In this document: one piece after another, positions 54,401 to 64,000 of the stretch
Layout of the letters: the number at the start of each line of letters is the position of its first letter
How positions within the stretch are numbered: position 1 is the stretch's first letter
Assembly (NCBI GenBank): GCA_964016885.1
Contig: OZ024741.1
Location: 260,462,001 to 260,526,000, forward strand
Direction of reading: 5' to 3'
Length of the DNA stretch: 64,000 nt
Source: Eledone cirrhosa
Taxonomy: Eukaryota
Notes under the pieces: generated by a model
Databases searched by the model: none
Seen by the model: the letters and a program-made list of their open reading frames with translations, nothing else
Told to the model about the DNA's origin: nothing
Program-made: the position numbers and the translations under genes

Positions 54401-55722
54401 GAGTGTTCTGATTTACGGATGTTTCGACATACGAGTGTTTCGACTTACGAGTGTTTCGACTTATGAGTGTTTCGACTTACGAGTGTTTCGACTTACGAGT
54501 GTTTCGGCTTATGAGTGTTTCGACTTACGAGTGTTTTGACTTACGGTGTTTCGGCTTACGAGTGTTTCGACTTACGAGTGTTTTGACTTACTGGTGTTTT
54601 GACATACGAGTGTTTCGATACGAGTGTTCTGACTTACGAGTGTTCTGACTTACGAGTGTTTTGCCTTACGAGTGTTCTGACTTACGAGTGTTCCGACATA
54701 CGAGTGTTCCGACTTACGAGTGTTTCGGCTTACGAGTGTTTCCGGCTTACGAGTGTTTCGACTTACGAGTGTTTTGACTTACGGTGTTTCGGCTTACGAG
54801 TGATTCGACTTACGAGTGTTTTGACTTACGGGTGTTTTGACTTACGGGTGTTGTGAATTACGAGTGTTCCGATTTACGAGTGTTTCGGCTTATGAGTGTT
54901 TCGACTTACGAGTGTTTCGGCTTACGAGTGTTTCGACTTATGGGTGTTTCGACTTACGAGTGTTTTTACTTACGGTGTTTCGGCTTACGAGTGTTTCGAC
55001 ATACGAGTGTTCAGACTTACGAGTGTTCCGACTTACGAGCGTTCCGACTTACGAGTATTTTGACTTATGGGTGTTTTGACATACGAGTGTTTCGATACGA
55101 GTGCTCTGACTTACGAGTGTTCTGACTTACGAGTGTTCTGACCTACGAGTGTTCTGACTTACGGGTGTTCTGACTTACGTGTGTTCCGACTTACGAGTGT
55201 TTCAGCTATGGGTGTTTCGACTTGCGAGTGTTTCGACTTACGAATGTTTTGGCTTACGAGTGTTTCGGCTTACGAGTGTTTCGACTTACGAATGTTTTGG
55301 CTTACGAGTGTTTCGGCTTACGGGTCTTTCGACTTACGAGTGTTTCGACTTACGAGTGTTTTGACATACGGTGTTTCGGCTTACGAGTTATTCGACATAC
55401 GAGTGTTTCGACTTACGGGTGTTTCGACTTACGGGTGTTTCGACTTACGAGTGTTTCGACTTATGAGTGTTTCGACTTACGAGTGTTCTGACTTACGATT
55501 GTTCCGACTTACGAGTGTTTCGGTTCACGAGTGTTTCGACACACGAGTGTTTTGACTTACGGGGGTTTCGACTTACGGGTGTTTCGACTTACGAGTGTTT
55601 CGGCTTACGAGTGTTTCGACTTACTAATGTTTTTACTTACGAGTGTTTCGGTGTACGAGTGTTTCGACTTAAGGCTGTTTCGACTTACGAGTGTTTCGAC
55701 TTACGAGTGGTTCGACTTACGA

Positions 55723-55792
55723 AAATAACAAATAGACGCGGTTTCAAATCTCTATGATTTTCAGATTCATTACATTAATCTTTATTTATACG
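55723..55792. other. ~70-bp AT-rich spacer, copy 5
   Basis: Variant TTTTCAGATTC. Confidence 0.93.
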
Positions 55793-58700
55793 TTTCGCTT
55801 TACGAGTGTTTCGACTTACGAGTGTTTCGACATACGAGTGTTTCGACTTCCGAATGTTTTTGCTTACGGGTGTTTCGACTTACGAATGGTTCGGCTTACG
55901 AGTGTTTCGGCTTACGAGTGTTCCGACTTAGGAGTGTTTCGGCTTACGAGTGTTTCCGGCTTACGAGTGTTTCGACTTACGAGTGTTTCGACTTTCGAGT
56001 GTTTTGACTTACGGTGTTTCGGCTTGCGAGTGTTTCGACTTACGAGTGTTTCGGCTTATGAGTGTTTCGACTTACTAATGTTTTTACTTACGAGTGTTTC
56101 GGCGTTCGAGTGTTTCGACTTACGAGTGTTTTGACGTACGGGTGTTTCGACTTACGGGTCTTTCGACTTGCGAGTGTTTCGGCTTGCGAGTGTTTCGGCT
56201 TATGAGGGTTTCGACTTACGAGTGCTTCGGCTTACGAGTGTTCTGACTTACGGGTGTTCTGACTTACGAGTGTTCCGACTTACGAGTGTTTCGGCTTATG
56301 AGGGTTTCGACTTACGAGTGCTTCGGCTTACGAGTGTTTCGACTTACGAGTGTTATGACTTACGGGTGTTTTGACATACGAGTGTTTCGACTTACGAGTG
56401 TTTTGACTTACGGGTGTTTTGACATACGAGTGTTTCGATACGAGTGTTCTGACTTACGAGAGTTCTGACTTACGAGTGTTCTGACTTACGAGTGTTTCGA
56501 CATACGAGTGTTTTGACTTACGGGTGTTTCGACTTACGAGTGTTTTGACTTACGAATGTTTTGACTTACGGGTGTTTCGGCTTACGAGTGTTTCGACTTA
56601 CGAGTGTTTCGGCTTACGAGTGTTATGACTTACTAATGTTTTTACTTACGAGTGTTTCGGCGTACGAGAGTTTTGACTTACGAGTGTTTCGACTTACGAG
56701 TGTTTCGACTTACGAGTATTTTGACTTACGAATGTTTTGACTTACGGGTGTTTCGGCTTACGAGTGTTTCGACTTACGAGTGTTTCGGCTTACGAGTGAT
56801 TCGACTTACTAATGTTTTTACTTACGAGTGTTTCGGCGTACGAGAGTTTTGACTTACGAGTGTTTCGACTTACGAGTGTTTCGACTTACGAGTATTTTGA
56901 CTTACGAATGTTTTGACTTACGGGTGTTTCGGCTTACAAGTGTTTCGACTTACGAGTCTTTCGGCTTACGAGTGTTTTGACTTACGAGTGTTTTGACTTA
57001 AGGGTGTTTCGACTTACGAGTATTTTTGGCTTACGAGTGTTTCGACTTACGAGTGTTTTGACTTACGAGTGTTCTGATTTACGGATGTTTCGACATACGA
57101 GTGTTTCGACTTACGAGTGTTTCGACTTATGAGTGTTTCGACTTACGATTGTTTCGACTTACGAGTGTTTCGGCTTATGATTGTTTCGACTTACGAGTGT
57201 TTTGACTTACGGTGTTTCAGCTTACGAGTGTTTCGACTTACGAGTGTTTTGACTTACGGGTGTTTTGACATACGAGTGTTTCGATACGAGTGTTCTGACT
57301 TACGAGTGTTCTGACTTACGAGTGTTTTGACTTACGAGTGTTCTGACTTACGAGTGTTCCGACTTACGAGTGTTCCGACTTACGCGTGTTTCGGCTTACG
57401 AGTGTTTCCGGCTTACGAGTGTTTCCACTTACGAGTGTTTTGACTTACGGTGTTTCGGCTTACGAGTGATTCGACTTACGAGTGTTTTGACTTACGGGTG
57501 TTTTGACTTACGGGTGTTGTGAATTACGAGTGTTCCGATTTACGAGTGCTTTGACTTACGGTGTTTCGGCTTACGAGTGATTCGACTTACGGATGTTTTG
57601 ACTTACAGGTGTTTCGGCTTGCGAGTGTTTCGACTTACGAGTGTTTCGGCTTATGAGTGTTTCGACTTACTAATGTTTTTACTTACGAGTGTTCTGACTT
57701 ACGAGTGTTCCGAATTACGAGTGTTCCGACTTACGAGTGTTTCGGCTTACGAGTGTTTCCGGCTTACGGGTGTTTCGACTTACGAGTGTTTCGACTTACG
57801 AGTGTTTTGACTTACGGTGTTTCGACTTACGAGTGATTCGACTTACGAGTGTTTTGACTAACGGGTGTTTTGACTTACGGGTGTTGTGAATTACCAGTGT
57901 TCCGATTTACGAGTGTTTTGACTTACGGTGTTTCGGCTTACGAGTGATTCGACTTACGAATGTTTTGACTTACGGGTGTTTCGGCTTGCTAGTGTTTCGA
58001 CTTACGAGTGTTTCGGCTTATGAGTGTTTTGACTTACTACTGTTTTTACTTACGAGTGTTTCGGCGTACGAGTGTTTTGACTTACGAGTGTTTCGACTTA
58101 CGAGTGTTTCGACTTACGAGTGTTTCGGCTTACGTGAGTTTCGACTTAAGAGTGTTCTGATTTACGAGTGTTCTGACTTGCGGGTGTTCTGATTTACGAG
58201 TGTTCCGACTTACGAGTGTTTCGGCTTACGAGTGTTTCGACTTACGAGTGTTTTGACTTACGAATGTTTTGACTTACGGGTGTTTCGGCTTACGAGTGTT
58301 TCGACTTACGAGTCTTTCGGCTTACGAGTGTTTCGGCGTACGAGTGTTTCGACTTACGAGTGTTTCGACTTACGGGTGTTTTGACTTACGGGTGTTTCGG
58401 CTTACGAGTGTTTTGACTTACGGGTGTTTTGACTTAAGGGTATTTCGACTTACGAGTATTTTTGGCTTACGAGTGTTTCGACTTACGAGTGTTTTGAATT
58501 ACGAGTGTTCTGATTTACGGATGTTTCGACATACGAGTGTTTCGACTTACGAGTGTTTCGACTTATGAGTGTTTCGACTTACGAGTGTTTCGACTTACGA
58601 GTGTTTCGGCTTATGAGTGTTTCGACTTACGAGTGTTTTGACTTACGGTGTTTCGGCTTACGAGTGTTTCGACTTACGAGTGTTTTGACTTACTGGTGTT

Positions 58701-59823
58701 TTGACATACGAGTGTTTCGATACGAGTGTTCTGACTTACGAGTCTTCTGACTTACGAGTGTTTTGCCTTACGAGTGTTCTGACGTACGAGTGTTCCGACT
58801 TACGTGTGTTCCGACTTACGAGTGTTTCGGCTTACGAGTGTTTCCGGCTTACGAGTGTTTCGACTTACGAGTGTTTTGACTTACGGGTGTTTTGACTTAC
58901 GGGTGTTGTGAATTACGAGTGTTCCGATTTACGAGTGTTTCGGCTTATGAGTGTTTCGACTTACGAGTGTTTCGGCTTACGAGTGTTTCGACTTATGGGT
59001 GTTTCGACTTACGAGTGTTTTTACTTAAGGTGTTTCGGCTTACGAGTGTTTCGACATACGAGTGTTCAGACTTACGAGTGTTCCGACTTACGAGCGTTCC
59101 GACTTACGAGTATTTTGACTTATGGGTGTTTTGACATACGAGTGTTTCGATACGAGTGCTCTGACTTACGAGTGTTCTGACTTACGAGTGTTCTGACCTA
59201 CGAGTGTTCTGACTTACGGGTGTTCTGACTTACGTGTGTTCCGACTTACGAGTGTTTCAGCTATGGGTGTTTCGACTTACGAGTGTTTCGGCTTACGAGT
59301 GTTTCGACTTACGAATGTTTTGGCTTACGAGTGTTTCGGCTTACGAGTGTTTCGACTTACGAATGTTTTGGCTTACGAGTGTTTCGGCTTACGGGTCTTT
59401 CGACTTACGAGTGTTTCGACTTACGAGTGTTTTGACATACGGTGTTTCGGCTTACGAGTTATTCGACATACGAGTGTTTCGACTTACGGGTGTTTCGACT
59501 TACGGGTGTTTCGACTTACGAGTGTTTCGACTTATGAGTGTTTCGGCTTACGAGTGTTTCGGCTTACGAGTGTTTCGACTTACGAGTGTTTCGACTTACG
59601 GGTTTTTCGACTTACGAGTGGTTTGGCTTACGGTGTTTCGGCTTACGAGTGTTTCGAGTTACGAGTGTTTTGACTTACGCGTGTTTTGACATACGAGTGT
59701 TTCGATACGAGTGTTCTGACTTACGAGTGTTCTGACTTACGAGTGTTCTGACTTACGAGTGTTCCGACTTTACGAGTGTTTCGGCTCACGAGTGTTTCGG
59801 CTTACGAGTGTTTCGACTTACGA

Positions 59824-59893
59824 AAATAACAAATAGACGCGGTTTCAAATCTCTATGATTTTCAAATTCATTACATTAATCTTTATTTATACG
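59824..59893. other. ~70-bp AT-rich spacer, copy 6
   Basis: Same as copy 1. Confidence 0.93.
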
Positions 59894-62800
59894 TTTCGCT
59901 TTACGAGTGTTTCGACTTACGAGTGTTTCGACATACGAGTGTTTCGACTTCCGAATGTTTTTGCTTACGGGTGTTTTGACTTACGAATGTTTCGGCTTAC
60001 GTGTGTTCCGACTTAGGAGTGTTTCGGCTTACGAGTGTTTCCGGCTTACGAGTGTTTCGACTTACGAGTGTTTCGACTTTCGAGTGTTTTGACTTACGGT
60101 GTTTCGGCTTACGAGTGATTCGACTTACGAGTGTTTTGACTTACGGGTGTTCCGACTTACGAGTGTTTCGGTTTACGAGTGTTTCGACATACGAGTGTTT
60201 TGACTTACGGGTGTTTCGACTTACGGGTGTTTCGACTTACGAGTGTTTCGGCTTACGAGAGTTTCGACTTACTAATGTTTTTACTTACGAGTGTTTCGGT
60301 GTACGAATGTTTTGACTTAAGGATGTTTCGACTTACGAGTGTTTTGACTTACGGGTCTTTTGACTTACGGGTGTTGTGAATTACCAGTGTTCCGATTTAC
60401 GAGTGTTTTGACTTACGGTGTTTCGGCTTACGAGTGTTTCGACTTACGAGTGTTTCGGCTTATGAGTGTTTCGACTTACTAATGTTTTTATTTACGAGTG
60501 TTTCGGCGTTCGAGTGTTTTGACTTACGAGTGTTTCGACTTACGAGTGTTTTGACTTACGAATGTTTTGACTTACGGGTGTTTCGGCTTACGGGTGTTTC
60601 GACTTACGAGCGTTTCGACTTACGAGTGTTCTGATTTACGAGTGTTCTGACTTACGAGTGTTCTGACTTACGAGTGTTCCGACTTACGAGTGTTTCGGTT
60701 TACGAGTGTTTCGACATACGAGTGTTTTGACTTACGGGTGTTTCGACTTACGGGTGTTTCGACTTACGAGTGTTTCGGCTTACGAGAGTTTCGACTTACT
60801 AATGTTTTTACTTACGAGTGTTTCGGTGTACGAATGTTTTGACTTAAGGATGTTTCGACTTACGAGTGTTTCGACTTACGAGTGTTTCGGCTTACGTGAG
60901 TTTCGACTTAAGAGTGTTCTGGTTTACGAGTGTTCTGACTTGCGGGTGTTCTGATTTACGAGTGTTCCGACTTACGAGTGTTTCGGCTTATGAGTGTTTC
61001 GACTTACGAGTGTTTCGGCTTACGAGTGTTTCGACTTATGGGTGTTTCGACTTACGAGTGTTTTTACTTACAGTGTTTCGGCTTACGAGTGTTTCGACAT
61101 ACGAGTGTTTTGACTTACGGGTGTTTCGGCTTACGAGTGTTTCGACTTACGAGTGTTTCGGCTTACGAGTGTTTCGATTACTAATGTTTTTACTTACGAG
61201 TGTTTCGGCGTACGAGAGTTTTGACTTACGAGTGTTTCGACTTACGAGTGTTTTGACTTACGAATGTTTTGACTTACGGGTGTTTCGGCTTATGAGTGTT
61301 TCGACTTACGAGTCTTTCGGCTTACTAGTGTTTTACTTACGAGTGTTTCGGCGTACGAGTGTTTCGACTTACGAGTGTTTCGACTTACGGGTGTTTTGAC
61401 TTACGGGTGTTTCGGCTTACGAGTGTTTCGACTTACGAGTGTTTTGACTTAAGGGTGTTTCGACTTACGAGTATTTTTGGCTTACGAGTGTTTCGACTTA
61501 CGAGTGTTTCGACTTACGAGTGTTTCGGCTTACGATTGTTTGGACTTACGAGTGTTTCGGTTTACGAGTGTTTCGACTTATGAGTGTTTCGACTTACGAG
61601 TGTTTCGGCTTACGAGTGTTTCGACTTATGGGTGTTTCGACTTACGAGTGTTTTTACTTACGGTGTTTCGGCTTACGATTGTTTCGACATACGAGTGTTT
61701 TGACTTACGGGTGTTTCGGCTTACGATTGTTTCGACTTACGAGTGTTTCGGTTTACGAGTGTTTCGGCTTATGAGTGTTTCGACTTACGAGTGTTTCGGC
61801 TTACGAGTGTTTCGACTTATGGGTGTTTCGACTTACGAGTGTTTTTACTTACGGTGTTTCGGCTTACGAGTGTTTCGACATACGAGTGTTTTGACTTACG
61901 GGTGTTTCGGCTTACGAGTGTTTCGACTTACGAGTTTTTCGGCTTACGAGTGTTTCGACTTACTAATGTTTTTACTTACGAGTGTTTCGGCGTACGAGAG
62001 TTTTGACTTACGAGTGTTTCGACTTACGAGTGTTTTGACTTACGAATGTTTTGACTTACGGGTGTTTCGGCTTATGAGTGTTTCGACTTACGAGTGTTTC
62101 GGCTTACGAGTGTTTCGACTTACTAATGTTTTTACTTACGAGTGTTTCGGCGTACGAGTGTTTCGACTTATGAGTGTTTCGACTTACGGGTGTTTTGACT
62201 TACGGGTGTTTCGGCTTACGAGTGTTTCGACTTACGAGTGTTTTGACTTACGAGTGTTCTGATTTACGGATGTTTCGACATACGAGTGTTTCGACTTACG
62301 AGTGTTTCGGCTTACGAGTGTTTCGGCTTACGAGTGTTTCGACTTACGAGTGTTTTGACTTACGGTGTTTCGGCTTACGAGTGTTTCGACTTACGAGTGT
62401 TTTGACTTACGGGTGTTTTGACATACGAGTGTTTCGATACGAGTGTTCTGACTTACGAGTGTTCTGACTTACGAGTGTTTTGACTTACGAGTGTTCTGAC
62501 TTACGAGTGTTCCGACTTACGAGTGTTCCGACTTACGAGTGTTTCGGCTTACGAGTGTTTCCGGCTTACGAGTGTTTCGACTTCCGAGTGTTTTGACTTA
62601 CGGTGTTTCGGCTTACGAGTGATTCGACTTACGAGTGTTTTGACTTACGGGTGATTTGACTTACGGGTGTTGTGAATTACGAGTGTTCCGATTTACGAGT
62701 GTTTTGACTTACGAGTGTTCTGATATACGGATGTTTCGACATACGAGTGTTTCGACTTACGAGTGTTTCGACTTATGAGTGTTTCGACTTACGAGTGTTT

Positions 62801-63454
62801 CGGCTTATGAGTGTTTCGACATACGAGTGCTTCGGCTTACGAGTGTTTCGAATTACGAGTATTTCGGCTTACGAGTGTTTCGACGTACGAATGTTTTGGC
62901 TTACGAGTGTTTCGGCTTATGAGTGTTTCGGCTTACGAGTGTTTCGACTTACGAGTGTTTCGGCTTACGAGCGTTTCAGTGTTTCCGCTTACGTGTGTTT
63001 CGACTTACGAGTGTTTCGACTTACGACTGTTTCGGCTTACGAGTGTATCGGCTTACGAGTGTTTCGGCTTACGAGTGTTTTGACTTACGAGTGTTTTGAT
63101 TACGATTGTTTGGCTTACGAGTGTTCTGACTTACGGGTGTTCTGACTTACGAGTGTTCCGACTTACGAGTGTTTCGGCTTACGAGTGTTTCGGCTTACGA
63201 GTGTTTCGACTTACGAGTGTTTCGACTTACGGGTTTTTCGACTTACGAGTGGTTTGGCTTACGGTGTTTCGGCTTACGAGTGTTTCGAGTTACGAGTGTT
63301 TTGACTTACGCGTGTTTTGACATACGAGTGTTTCGATACGAGTGTTCTGACTTACGAGTGTTCTGACTTACGAGTGTTCTGACTTACGAGTGTTCCGACT
63401 TTACGAGTGTTTCGGCTCACGAGTGTTTCGGCTTACGAGTGTTTCGACTTACGA

Positions 63455-63524
63455 AAATAACAAATAGACGCGGTTTCAAATCTCTATGATTTTCAAATTC
63501 ATTACATTAATCTTTATTTATACG
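63455..63524. other. ~70-bp AT-rich spacer, copy 7
   Basis: Same as copy 1. Confidence 0.93.
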
Positions 63525-64000
63525 TTTCGCTTTACGAGTGTTTCGACTTACGAGTGTTTCGACATACGAGTGTTTCGACTTCCGAATGTTTTTGCTTACG
63601 GGTGTTTCGACTTACGAATGTTTCGGCTTACGTGTGTTCCGACTTAGGAGTGTTTCGGCTTACGAGTGTTTCCGGCTTACGAGTGTTTCGACTTACGAGT
63701 GTTTCGACTTTCGAGTGTTTTGACTTACGGTGTTTCGGCTTACGAGTGATTCGACTTACGAGTGTTTTGACTTACGGGTGTTCCGACTTACGAGTGTTTC
63801 GGTTTACGAGTGTTTCGACATACGAGTGTTTTGACTTACGGGTGTTTCGACTTACGGGTGTTTCGACTTACGAGTGTTTCGGCTTACGAGAGTTTCGACT
63901 TACTAATGTTTTTACTTACGAGTGTTTCGGTGTACGAATGCTTTGACTTAAGGATGTTTCGACTTACGAGTGTTTTGACTTACGGTGTTTCGGCTTACGA

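Larger units (their letters stand above)
1..64000 (+). repeat. 16-bp tandem satellite array, consensus GACTTACGAGTGTTTC, single orientation, extends beyond both window edges
   Basis: Unit visible throughout. Common variants are TTCGGC/TTCGAC, TTTTGAC, TTCTGAC, TTCCGAC, TACGGG, TATGAG and GACATAC, plus 14-bp deletion units (CTTACGGTG, GATACGAG). ORF track gives the 16-aa periodic peptide DLRVFRLTSVSTYECF in all three + frames and no - strand ORFs. Confidence 0.99.
53150..64000 (+). repeat. Mosaic of more diverged satellite HOR duplications (offsets ~4055-4134 and 3631 bp)
   Basis: Landmarks 53810/57944, 54837/58892, 59538/63169 and 59824/63455. Confidence 0.8.

Noticed and set aside
24-63946. 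Hundreds of + strand ORFs with repeats such as LRVFRLTSVSTYECFD
   Set aside because: They are artefacts of a stop-free 16-bp monomer that yields the same 16-aa peptide in all three frames. They overlap, are broken at random by TGA variants and indels, and show no domain or frame preservation.
1-64000. CRISPR array
   Set aside because: Repeats are contiguous 16-mers with no unique spacers, the inserts are repeated rather than unique, and there are no cas genes.
1-64000. Telomerase-synthesised telomeric repeat (G/T-rich strand, 16-bp unit, variants like TACGGATGT recalling yeast telomeres)
   Set aside because: Variants are inherited in kilobase-scale HORs together with foreign cassettes, which indicates DNA-level duplication rather than templated addition, and there are no consistent G-runs. 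A subtelomeric location cannot be excluded from this window.

Overview
The whole 64 kb window is one eukaryotic-type satellite array in a single orientation, with no credible protein-coding or RNA gene. The 16-bp monomer has consensus GACTTACGAGTGTTTC. All listed ORFs are translations of this monomer: the + strand consensus has no stop codon and the - strand has TAA in every unit. Monomer variants form nested higher-order repeats (HORs) with periods of about 2843, 2404, 2264, 2746, 2830 and 3631 bp. Two non-satellite cassettes interrupt the array: a ~70-bp AT-rich spacer (7 copies) and an 815-bp cassette (10 near-identical copies). The 815-bp cassette carries a 16-bp-stem hairpin ending in CTAT directly joined to TCTATATATATAAAA and (TG)/(TCTG) microsatellites, which looks like a Helitron 3' end fused to a Helitron 5' end. 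Cut at that junction, each 2830-bp HOR reads as a non-autonomous Helitron-like element carrying ~2 kb of satellite, repeated head-to-tail about 8 times (30.6-53.1 kb). My main hypothesis is rolling-circle-transposon-linked amplification of a satellite whose monomer resembles pogo/Tigger terminal repeats. Family assignments come from recalled motifs, not from database searches.
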